Notes under the pieces: model-generated
Databases searched by the model: none
Seen by the model: only the letters and a program-made list of their open reading frames with translations
What the model was told of the DNA's origin: nothing
IMG/VR virus record: IMGVR_UViG_3300044616_000326
Location: 1 to 52,270 of that record
Direction: 5' to 3' (one strand)
Length of the DNA: 52,270 bases
Source of the DNA: a virus
Lineage: Duplodnaviria > Caudoviricetes
Part shown: piece by piece, positions 10,386-21,400 of the stretch
How the letters are laid out: every line of letters begins with the position of its first letter
How positions within the stretch are numbered: the stretch's first letter is position 1
Made by a program: the position numbers and the translations under genes

Positions 10386-12515
10386 ATGTTAAGAAAAGTT
10401 AGAATTAAAAAAATTCCTCAAGCAAGAACTGGTTATCAAGTACAGGGTTCATTAGTAAATGATGTACCTGCTATGGGAGGTGCAGATTATAATGCTTATA
10501 TTGGAGCGCCTAGAACTGAGGTATCAAAGACTTTAAAAGCTGTACCTAGAGAAGTAGCAAACTTAGAAGCAGAAGGTGGGGAAACTGTAGTAGGGGATCT
10601 TGATGGTAGCACAATGCCATCATTTAAAACTATTGTAGGTCCTCGTCACTCTGAAGGTGGTGTACCATTAGCTTTACCGGATGATAGCTTTATCTTTAGT
10701 GATACAAAGTCAATGAAGATTTCTGATCCTAAGATTTTAAAAATGTTTAATAAGTCTGCCAAAAAAGGTGGTTATACACCGGCAGAGCTTTCTAAACAAT
10801 ATGATATTAATAAATACAGAAAGATTCTTCAAGATCCTGAATCAGATAAAGTATCTAGAAATACTGCTGAGATAATGATCAAGAACTATGTAATGAAATT
10901 AGGTGCATTAGCTCTTGCTCAAGAATCTAAAAAAGGATTTCCACAAGGTATTCCACTTATTGCTAAACCTTATATGGAAGCAAATAAGATTGCTGAGGAA
11001 GATTTAATTCCGGAGTTAGCACAGGAACAACCTGAACAACAAATGATGCCACAGGAAGGAATGCAACCACAAATGGAAGCACCACAAACTATGCCTGATG
11101 GACAACCTATTGCTATGCCACAAGGACAGCCAGAACAAATGATGCAAGCTCCTATGGCTGCTTACGGAATGGAAATGGGAGGGTTCTATCCTGAATATGC
11201 ATTTGGTGGTTATTACCAAGATGGAGGGTCTAAAAATAGACCAAAAACAAAAGAAGAATTAGAGAGAGATGTGGCATCTGGTAAGATAAAACCTGAAAAA
11301 GTAAAAACATTACCTGATGGTACAACCGAAATTACACAAAAAGATGGTAGTAAAGTTTATGCAATAGGTACTGTTTATGAAGAAGAAGACTATGGTAATA
11401 TTAAACCTACTAAAGTAACAAAGCTTGCTACAAATGCTGCTCAATATGAAAAAGATATTTGTGCTAAAATTAAAGCTTCTAAAAAACCAATTTCATATGC
11501 AATTGCAAAAGGTTGGATTGCTGCTTCAAGAGCTGGTGACTTTGCGGGATGTGTAAGTGCAGAGGCTTCAGCTAAAAAAGATACTACACAAGTTTTTCAA
11601 TTGGAAGAAGAGCCTTCAACAATCCCTGGTAAAAAGAAATGTAAGTGTGTTAATCCAGAAACTAAAGAAGAAAGAATCTTTGAAATTGATAAAGAGGAGG
11701 AATGTATTTGTGAGTCTGAAGAAGAAGTTAGCACACAACAAATTCAAAGTCCGCCAAGAAGAGATGCTCAATTCTGGCAACAAGATATAATTAATGCTGC
11801 CGGAGCATTTGGTGATAGAATGGGATTAAGAAAACAAATGCCTTGGGAAGCAAGAGTTGATCTTGAAGAGCCAAGACCTACATTTATTGATGATACACAG
11901 GAACTAGGACAACAATCACAATTAGCTAATATTGCTTCTCAAGCTACTGCACAGTTTGCTGGACCACAAGCTGGAGCAAGACTTTCTGCTATACAAGGTC
12001 AAGGAGCTGCACAAGCTGCTAATACTAGATCAAGAACTAATAATCAAAATATTGGTATTGCTAATCAGTTTGAAGCAAATCAAGTTGGTGTAAGAAACCA
12101 AGAGCAGATGATGAATCAGCAAATGGCTAATAGACTATTTGATAAAAATGTTATTGCTCAACAACAGTTTGATAATGCTAAGAGACAAGCTGCGGCAAAT
12201 ATGCGCCAAGCTTATAATACTGCGCTTACAAATAAATGGAAGACAGATGCATTAAATCAAATGTATCCTAATTACCAAGTAGATCCATTATCCGGTGGTA
12301 GAGTACAATACACTCCAACGCCTAAAACACCTATGGCTAATAAACCTGTTCAAGATGATATTGAATATATCAGAGAACTAGAAAAAGCAGGTTTAAGTAA
12401 AGACGCAATTTCTGCTGCAGTTAAGGCTAGATTTACTGGTAGAAAGTTTGGTGGACAAACTATGTTTGCAGATGGTGGATATATTTATACAGTGTTTCCA
12501 GCTCTAACTCTCTAG
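10386..12515 (+). CDS. Virion cargo-like structural protein with GG motifs
   Basis: 709-aa ORF. Globular-looking N-terminal part (ANLEAEGGE..GPRHSEGGV..FIFSD), a Q/M/P-rich linker, a CxC..CxC patch and a Q/A/N-rich helical C-half. GG motifs YAFGG, YQDGG, RKFGG and FADGG. Confidence 0.6.
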   Translation: MLRKVRIKKIPQARTGYQVQGSLVNDVPAMGGADYNAYIGAPRTEVSKTLKAVPREVANLEAEGGETVVGDLDGSTMPSFKTIVGPRHSEGGVPLALPDDSFIFSDTKSMKISDPKILKMFNKSAKKGGYTPAELSKQYDINKYRKILQDPESDKVSRNTAEIMIKNYVMKLGALALAQESKKGFPQGIPLIAKPYMEANKIAEEDLIPELAQEQPEQQMMPQEGMQPQMEAPQTMPDGQPIAMPQGQPEQMMQAPMAAYGMEMGGFYPEYAFGGYYQDGGSKNRPKTKEELERDVASGKIKPEKVKTLPDGTTEITQKDGSKVYAIGTVYEEEDYGNIKPTKVTKLATNAAQYEKDICAKIKASKKPISYAIAKGWIAASRAGDFAGCVSAEASAKKDTTQVFQLEEEPSTIPGKKKCKCVNPETKEERIFEIDKEEECICESEEEVSTQQIQSPPRRDAQFWQQDIINAAGAFGDRMGLRKQMPWEARVDLEEPRPTFIDDTQELGQQSQLANIASQATAQFAGPQAGARLSAIQGQGAAQAANTRSRTNNQNIGIANQFEANQVGVRNQEQMMNQQMANRLFDKNVIAQQQFDNAKRQAAANMRQAYNTALTNKWKTDALNQMYPNYQVDPLSGGRVQYTPTPKTPMANKPVQDDIEYIRELEKAGLSKDAISAAVKARFTGRKFGGQTMFADGGYIYTVFPALTL

Positions 12516-12531
12516 TAGTAAACTTTTTAAG

Positions 12532-12563
12532 TTTAGTAAACTTAAAAAATTTTAATATATTTA
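12532..12563 (+). promoter_or_regulatory. Putative promoter TTTA-N20-TATATTTA
   Basis: TTTA at 12532-35 and TATATTTA at 12556-63. It is preceded by the imperfect palindrome AAACTTTTTAAGTTT (12520-34). Confidence 0.55.
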
Positions 12564-12582
12564 TAATATAGAAGAAGAACTT

Positions 12583-15408
12583 ATGGCAACTTACCTACAG
12601 GGTGTCACGGATTATATACCACAGTTTCAGCCTTTTCAGCCTGACTTAAACTTCTATGGTAATATAATGCAAACAAAGCAAAGCCAGTATGACTCAAACT
12701 GGAAAGCTTTAAATGACATGTATGGAAAATATTATTATGCTGATTTAACTCGGGATAGTAATATTAAAAATAGAGACCAGTATATTAAAAATGCTGAATT
12801 CAATCTGCAAAGAGTATCACAGTTAGATTTATCTCTTGAACAAAATGCAAACCAAGCACTTCAAGTGTTTAAGCCATTTTATGAGGATAAGAATCTTATT
12901 AAAGATATGGTTTGGACTAAGAACTATAACTCTGAAATGAGTAGAGCAGAAGCTCTCAGAGGTTCTTCTGATCCTGAAAGAAATAAACAATACTGGGGTA
13001 CTGGTGTAGCAGCAATGCAATTTTTAAAAGAAGAATTTAAAACTGCATCTGATGAAAAAGCATCAACATTTAACAATGTTGCATATACTCCTTTTGTTGA
13101 TGTAGATGCTAAGGCAATGGATATTGCTAAAGACTTTGGAGATATTGAATCTGTAAACTTTAGTAAAGACGGTAGATGGATAATTAAATCTAAAAATGGT
13201 CAACAACTTGAGGAACCGTTGACTAAATTATTTGAATCAAGACTAGGTAATGATCCTGCTGTACAAGATATGTACAAGACACAAGCCTATGTTGATAGAA
13301 AATCATTTGCTAAAAATAATGCTGCACAGTTCAATGGAGATGAGAATGCAGCTGAAATGAAATATTTGGAGAATCAATTCAATGTTCTTAAGGTTCAAAA
13401 CAACCTAAGATATATGCAACTCCAAGAAACTAACAAAACTTATGACAATAGGATTGCAGACCTTCAAAAGCAAGTAGACAATGGAACTGCTGGTCCTGAT
13501 GTAAAAATGCAGTTAGAAGCCCTTAAAATGAATAAGGGTATTAATGATCAAGTTCTTGAAAGAGCTAAGAAAGAAAATGATTTACTTAACGGAGGTCAGG
13601 TTAATAATGCTGCAGGTAGTAATGGTTTTAAAAATCCATACGGTGATATTGAATCATTAAGATTTAAAGTAGATAGTGGTGTAGCATCTTCATTAATGCA
13701 GAAAGCATTAGGTGAAGCCGCTCATACCTTAGCTTATAGAAACTCTAAAGTAGATCTTGATGCTAACATTTACAAAGTAAATGAAGAGAAGTTCCAACAG
13801 AATGCGGCACTTACTAAAATGCGTATTCAAGGAGCTAAAGAAGTTGCAATGCTCAAAGAAAACCTAAGAGCTAAAACTGAAGCTGACAAAGCAAGAGTTG
13901 CTGCTGGTACTCACTATTATGATGAGAATAATCAAGCTACTCCTTATGAAGATCAAAAGAACTTCTTTGTAATTAAAAATGCTAAAGGTTCTGCAACAGA
14001 CAAACAGAATGCAATCGGTCTTAGCCGTGATATGGTTAAGATGAAAACTACTGATGCTGCAATGCCTTGGGCTAAGAATACTGTAAGTACTTTGTTTGAA
14101 TTATATAATAATGGTAAAATCTCAAAACAGAAGTTAAATGAGATCTTACATTATGATAAAAATCCAAACATCAGTCTTACTGAATTTAATAAAAAACTTC
14201 AAGCTAATCCTGTTGCATTCTTAACTAGAGAAGTTGGAACAAAAGATCTTGAGAATATTAAAGATAGATATGACAACTGGATTAGATCAAATTCACAATT
14301 AACAGAACTTAAAGGTGAAAGAGCTAAAAAAATTGTTGCATCTAATGTTGAGTTCCAGGATTATATCAACTATGTAAAAGAAGATAAAGCTTGGAGAACT
14401 GAATCTAGTAGAGCTGTTGAAAGACAGTTAATGAGAGGTGGTTATGGAGATGCAGCTTTTCTTTATGATGAGTCTGGTACATTAAGATCTGAAAAAGAAT
14501 TTAAAACTGCAGTATATAGAAAAACTGGTAGAAGTGCAAATGTTGATTATAAAGAAATGTTAACTGCTGCGGATGAAGCTTGGAGATCAGAAAAAGTTGT
14601 AAGAAAACCTGTTGTTGGTTTATCAGAGTTCTATACTAAAGGGACTGGTGTTTTTTCTGAAGGGGCTACTGCTCTTCAAATTAACCCAAGAAGTTCATAT
14701 GGTAGAAAATATTACGGTGAAGTTTATAATGACCTAAGAAACTTAGACTTTGGTGATACTACTAAAGTAAGATCATCTTTTCAAGGATATTCTAAAACAA
14801 ATTGGGATCAAGCAGGTGGTGCAAAGAATGCTAAAGTAGCTGCATTATTATCTCAATTGCAAGCAGACATGAGTTCTCCTAAATCAAAAGTAGGAACATT
14901 TACCTTAGGTGTTGCTCCTGTTGCTACAGGTAGTACTAGAAGAGCTGCTGTAATTATTAAACCAACTAATGAGTGGTTAAAACAATATGTTTCTACTAAT
15001 AAAGAACAGAATAATAATCTACTTACACAAGCTGAAGCACAGGCAATCTTAAAGAATGGTATTAACATTATGACAGATTCTAAGTCTATGAATAATAGTA
15101 TGTATAAAGCATCATTCAAAGATCCGCTTTCAGCTTATGTAGATTCAAAAGGAAAGTATTCTTATTCTGATCCATTAGATGGAAGGTTTAAAATTAATAT
15201 CAGTAAGAATGAATTTGGTACCGGAGATTATACAGTAGTTACAGAATATCCTTTATGGAATCCTGAGACAGGAAAATATGAAATAGCCAGAATGACAGAG
15301 AACCAAACTTCATTTGGAAACAATCTTACTTCACATAGAAATGAGATGGCATTTAATTATTTTGATTTAATTAAACAAACCAACCAATATTACTATAATG
15401 GCCAGTGA
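12583..15408 (+). CDS. Virion/ejection protein, hypothetical
   Basis: 941-aa helical ORF directly upstream of the giant genes. Overlaps the next gene by 11 nt. Confidence 0.55.
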   Translation: MATYLQGVTDYIPQFQPFQPDLNFYGNIMQTKQSQYDSNWKALNDMYGKYYYADLTRDSNIKNRDQYIKNAEFNLQRVSQLDLSLEQNANQALQVFKPFYEDKNLIKDMVWTKNYNSEMSRAEALRGSSDPERNKQYWGTGVAAMQFLKEEFKTASDEKASTFNNVAYTPFVDVDAKAMDIAKDFGDIESVNFSKDGRWIIKSKNGQQLEEPLTKLFESRLGNDPAVQDMYKTQAYVDRKSFAKNNAAQFNGDENAAEMKYLENQFNVLKVQNNLRYMQLQETNKTYDNRIADLQKQVDNGTAGPDVKMQLEALKMNKGINDQVLERAKKENDLLNGGQVNNAAGSNGFKNPYGDIESLRFKVDSGVASSLMQKALGEAAHTLAYRNSKVDLDANIYKVNEEKFQQNAALTKMRIQGAKEVAMLKENLRAKTEADKARVAAGTHYYDENNQATPYEDQKNFFVIKNAKGSATDKQNAIGLSRDMVKMKTTDAAMPWAKNTVSTLFELYNNGKISKQKLNEILHYDKNPNISLTEFNKKLQANPVAFLTREVGTKDLENIKDRYDNWIRSNSQLTELKGERAKKIVASNVEFQDYINYVKEDKAWRTESSRAVERQLMRGGYGDAAFLYDESGTLRSEKEFKTAVYRKTGRSANVDYKEMLTAADEAWRSEKVVRKPVVGLSEFYTKGTGVFSEGATALQINPRSSYGRKYYGEVYNDLRNLDFGDTTKVRSSFQGYSKTNWDQAGGAKNAKVAALLSQLQADMSSPKSKVGTFTLGVAPVATGSTRRAAVIIKPTNEWLKQYVSTNKEQNNNLLTQAEAQAILKNGINIMTDSKSMNNSMYKASFKDPLSAYVDSKGKYSYSDPLDGRFKINISKNEFGTGDYTVVTEYPLWNPETGKYEIARMTENQTSFGNNLTSHRNEMAFNYFDLIKQTNQYYYNGQ

Positions 15409-18400
15409 AAATAATACTGATAACTTCAGTGCATTAGATTCTTTGGGACCACAGTTTGGTGGAATCAACAGACCTAATTTAGATATTCAAAGTTATAAGC
15501 CTTTTGAAGGGGATAGAATATCTATGCCTGAAATTAACTTTCCTACACCGGCAGCATATAATTCTCCTATACCTTCATTTGATTCTATTGATAGACCAAA
15601 TCTTAGTATACAAAAGAATATAGTTGGTAGACCTCCTGGTCCAACAGGCCCAAGAAAAACTCCAAGATTTGAAGATATAAAGAGTAGTCTATATGACTAT
15701 GGTAAATCAATCTCTCAAGCTAACCAAGATCAGAATCAGTATGCTAAGATGTATTCTTACAATGCTGGGTCTGGTGGTAATTCTTTTTATAAAAGATATG
15801 CCGCATATGGTCAGACTAAGTTTGATGAGATTGGCTTCTCTCCATTAAGAGACAATGAAGCTGTCTTTAATGAAAGAACTACTGGATGGAATGACTTTAC
15901 TAGAATGATGCAACACTCATTCTTTCCATTAGCATGGCAAGGTTTTAAGTCTGCACCTAAGAGTCTTTTCAAAATGTTACAAGGTGACTTTAGTGGTGAC
16001 ACTGAAGATGCTAGAATATATGAAGAAGCTGCTGCTATAGGCCAATCTACTAAAGGTGGTGTTGCAGGTTTTATGAATAATACCATGATGAACTTTGGCT
16101 ATACAGCTGGTATCATGATGGAAGCTGTGGCAGAATTTGCTGCAGAAGCTGTAATTACTGGTGCTACTGGTGGTGCAGGTGGTGGAGTTCTTGCTGCAAG
16201 ATTAGGTGCAAACTTACAAAGAATTGGAAAAGGTCTTCCTAAGTTTACAATGCTTGATAAAGGTGGTGATATGTTCCGCAATAGTTTACAAGCATTAGGT
16301 AATTCACAAGCTGCAAGAAACTTTTACAAAGCGGCCAACAGTAAAGTTGGTCAGTTCTTTAACCCACTTACAAATACATTTGAAGCTGTAGGTGATGTAT
16401 ATAAGATTGGTAAGTTTGATAACCTATCAGGTCTTGCTGCATTATCAAAAACAGCAGGGGGATTCTATAGAGATGTGAGAGGTATTAACCTTGCTTTAGC
16501 TGAAGCTAGACTTGAGGGAGGTATGGTACAAAACTCTGTGTACGATAGTCTATATGATAAGTACTATGAGAAAAATGGTAAAGCTCCATCTAATGAAATC
16601 CAAAAAGCATTTGAGCAACAAGCCAAAGCTGCATCTGCAGAAACAATTGCTTGGAACTCTGCGCTAATATATGGAAGTAATAAAATTACTTTTCCTAATA
16701 TTATGAAAGGTAGTGCATCTAAATTTTTAAAGGGTGCTACTGATGATATTGTCAATTTTAAAAATGCCGGCAAAGTAGTTTTTCAAAGAGCTAAAGATGC
16801 TGCTGGTAAATTATCAAAAGGAGAATTTAAATATATTGACGGTAGTTTTAAAAGTTACCTGGAAGGTGTCAAAGGTTTAGGATTTAAAGGAGCTACTAAA
16901 GATTTAGCTGTAAGAGCTGCTAAAGGATCAGTAGGTTATTTTAAATCTAATATAACAGAAGGTATTCAAGAAAACTTACAAGAAACTATTGCAGGAGCAA
17001 TGGAAGGATACTATACAGATGCATTTAATAATCCAGCTGTAAGATCTTATCTATATGCTCAGGGTAGTACTACTAATGCAATGAGAGACAAGTATTCTTA
17101 CTTTGCAGAAAAGTGGGCTGAAGAAAATCCATTTACAGAAAAAGGTTTTGAAACATTTTCATCTGGATTTGTAATGGGTATGTTTGCTGGACCGCTTAAT
17201 AAAAGTATTGAATGGATCAGCTTAGGTTATAATAAAATCTTTGACTCAGCAGAATTTGAAGATTATAAAAATAAAAGAGCTAACTATGGTAAACAAGTAG
17301 CTGCACAATTAAATGCTTTATACTCTGACCCTAAACAATTCTTTGACTCAAAGATATTTAATTATGCTACTCAAAATAAGATAGCTGATATTAGAAACTC
17401 TGGTAATAGAAAAGAAACTCTTGACTCTGAAGATCATGCATTAGTAAGTGCAGTAACGTCTGCATTGCAAACAAACAGTATTGAATACTTTAAAGAGAAT
17501 ATTTCTGCAGTTAAAGAAATGACTCCAGAAGAAGTTGAAGTTGAATTTGGTTTAGAAAAAGGTAAAGGTGTAGAATATCAACAAAGAGTTGATGAGATAC
17601 TTTCTAGAGTAGATAAAATATCTGAAAGGTATGATCAAATGGAATCTAGATATCCAAATCCTGTGGATTTAAGTGGATATGAAAAAGGTTCTGATGCATA
17701 TAAGAAAGCTGCAATATTTTCATCTGCATGGGATGTAGCAAAAGCAAATGCTATATTCATGAATGAAAGTTATGATAATGCACGTAAAAGAATGGATAGT
17801 ATTGAAAAGACTATCAGAAGCCAGAAGCCTTTATCTAAGATGACTGATTCTGAAGTTCAAGTTCTATTCAATCCATCTAAACTTAAGAATGAAGCTGAAC
17901 TTTTACAAAGTGAATTAGATGCTCAAAAAGATAGTCTTACACCAGATGAGATATCTAAAAGACAAAGAAAAATTGAAGCTGTCAAAGGTCTCAATAAAGC
18001 ATATGAGTATTACTTTAAATACAATGTATTAGATAAAGAAGCTCAGATTGAAAAGATGCGCAGTGCAGGTCTATTTGAAAATCAAGTAGATGATGAGGGC
18101 AATCCAATTGATCCAGCTGAACTTGAAGCAGAAGCAAGACAAGAACTTGATAGACAACTGAGAGTTAAATCTAAATCTGAAGAAAACACAACTAGAGCAG
18201 AAGCTGATCTTGAAGTAGCTTACAAAGAGTATTTAAGATCTATTGCTGGTCTTAATGACGAAGATTATTTTGATAGCAAAGCAGAAGAAGCATTTGAACT
18301 TCTAATGGATAACTATAGACTAGGAAGAGAAGCAAGTACTTTATCTTCTTATGTAAATATGCTTCATAATCCAAAAAGTTTTACAGAACATGTGGAGAGA

Positions 18401-21400
18401 AACTACACATGGATGCAAAGACTTTATGATAATAGAAAAGAATACTATGAAGGATTAGTAAATCAAGAGATTACAAATCTTGAACTAAATACTTTACTAA
18501 ATAAACTAGCTGACAAAAATGTATTTATCAGTGCAGATGATGCATATGAATTTCAAAGAAATAATAAACTTCCAAATGAATTCTTTGATGCAACTAGAAA
18601 AGCAGTAATTAAAGAAGGTCATCCAGATTATGATGAGTATGTAGAGTTATTTGAAAGAGCTCTTAGACTCAAAATGATGGACCGTACTAGTTATGCTAAG
18701 ACATTAGATCAGATGCTTAATGCTGAGTTAGCTAATCTTGATGTTGAATTGCAAAGAGAGATTAATGCATTGCCAAAAACTGAAAGAGTTACAAAGAAAG
18801 GTAAACTTCAATTAAAGAATAACCTGGCTACTCTAGAAGAACTATCTGAGCAACTTGCTGATGGTGATTACATTGATGCTAAACTTGTACAGGGTAAAGA
18901 TGTATCTGAAATTACTATCTATAAAGACGGTAATGTACTTAAACTTGGAGATAAAAATGGTGAGGAAATTACTATAGATGAATTTGATGGAGGTTTTACT
19001 TCTGGAGATATTTATAGAGTAGAGCTTAAAGCCGATCCAGTTGAAGTTAGAAAATTAGAAAACCAATATTCAGAAAGAAAGCAAGATGTAATTAGACTCA
19101 ATATTCAGAAACTTGAGGATGATGTACAAATTCAACAAGCTGATTATGTACAGTTTACAGTTAATAGCTCATGGGAATCCATGGATGCTGAACTACAACA
19201 AAGATTAAATAATGCATTTAATGACTATATTGAAACAGATGAGAAACTTATTGATGAAGTTTCTGAGATGGAAGAGATAGAGATATTAAATATGTTGGAT
19301 GAGTTTATAAAGGATAACCCAACTGCTGCAAAGATTATTGAAGATTACAATAAAGAAAAACTTGATGAAGCTACACAAAAAGCAATTGAAGCTAATGATG
19401 CTCCTGAAGTAACATTTGAAGGAGAAGTCTATGATCTTTCTGCAATGGATATTTCTGAAATTAAAGCTTTGGTTAAAAAATTAGAAAGTCAATATAATAG
19501 ATTAAATAAAAAACCTGACTCTGAAAAAACAAATGAAGAGAAGGAAGCTGCATTAATGGCTAAGTTTGATCTTGATCTTGTAAATAGATATCTTATTAAA
19601 GCAGAAAATGCTGAAGCATTATCTAAGGAAGACACTTCTTCAGAGGAAACTCCGGAGGAAGAACCTAAAGAAGCAGAACCTGCCAAGAATGTGAATGATA
19701 TCAATAGAGATATTAAAAAGAAAAGAGAACAAGCTAAGAAAGCACTTGCTAAAAGAGTTGCTTTATTAGAGCAAAAGAGAAATAAACTAGCTACTGATGC
19801 TGCTAACATTAAGGATACTCTTAAACATTTGCAAGAGTTACTTGATACTAGTTTAGAGCTTACTGGTGTACAATTAGAAACTGCAATGGCTGATGCAAAT
19901 CAGATTAGTGAAATGATCAAAGCTATTGTAGACTTTAAGTATAAAAATAGACCTAAGACTAAAATTAGAAAAAGAGATATTAAAGCTCAAGTAGAAAGAG
20001 AATTTGAATTTGCAAAAGCTACATTAGCAAGAATTGCTGAACTTAAGGCAGATTTAAAAACTGTAGAAGCAAATAAAAAAGATATTACTAATCAGATCAA
20101 CTATTATAAAAATATGATAGCTGATCCTAATCTTAGTATTTTATCAAGAGCTGATATCCGTGAAAAGATTACTAAGCTTGAAAAGAAACTTACTACAGTA
20201 GAAAAATTAATTTCTATTCTTAAAAATGCAATTGCTAAATCTGTTGCTTATTTGAAAGAGTATCTAAATGTTTGGAACTCAAGATATAAGACAATGACAG
20301 ATTTCCAAAAGAAGACTGGCTTTAAAGTTTTATCTAAAGACGAACTTGGTAAATTAATTAAGTCTACTAATGCAGCTTCTATAGCAAAAGCTGAAGGATA
20401 TGCTGAATTAAAGAATCAGTTTGATCAACTTGAGAAATTAGTACTTGATACTATAGATGACGTAGAATTCCTAGAACAAGTACAAGATGAGGAACGTACT
20501 AGATTAAGCCAGCTTGAAGCTGCTGCTGATAGATACTATGATCAAATTAGATATCTATATGATCTATTAGATGATGTAGCTGAAGATATCACAGTAAAGA
20601 ATAAACTTGAGGGTGCTACACCGGCTTCTCCTAAAGCAGAGGCTACAGCTGAAACTGCGGAAGAGTTTGCTGATATAACTAATGAAACAGACAAGACTCC
20701 TCCAGTAGCTACATATAGTTTTGTAGATGCCGAAGTTGCAGACTTAGATGATATTGTAGGTCCTCCAGTAACTGAAGATATAGAAGCTAAGAAAGCTGAT
20801 ATAGAAAGAAGAAGACAAGAAGAGTTAGATGAATATGCTAATGATATTGTAGAAAGAGTTGAAGATTATGAAGTAATTGATGATAATGGAGATACTTTAT
20901 TTGTTCAAGTAAGATATAAAAAGGATGGCAGTAAAGAAGTATTGACAGGTGTAGAAAAAAATGAATATGGTAATGTAGCTAAAGGCGGTGCTATTATTAG
21001 TGATACTTTTTATGAAGATATATATCAAAAAGTAACTAAAACAGGAGAGAGAACTGCGGAAGAAGCAAACCTTAACGGTAGAACCAATAAAATCAATGCT
21101 AAATATGATGCAGAACTAGCTGCTTTAGAACAACCTACTCAAGAGGGTATCCAAGTGGTAACAGAAATTAATCCTGAGTTAAGACAAATGCTTAACCAAA
21201 TGGGTTATAAGAATAAGACTATTGATGCTCTTCCTAAGTCAATTCTTGAACGCATTGTTAAAGAAGGAATTCCATCTGAAGAATATGGTTCAAGAGTTAT
21301 AACTAAGTCTCTTGCAGCTGAGTCTGCATGGGCAACTGAAGGTACTCCAGTTACAGTAAAATCAATTGAAAAAGATGGAGTTACGCTACAAAAAGTTAAT

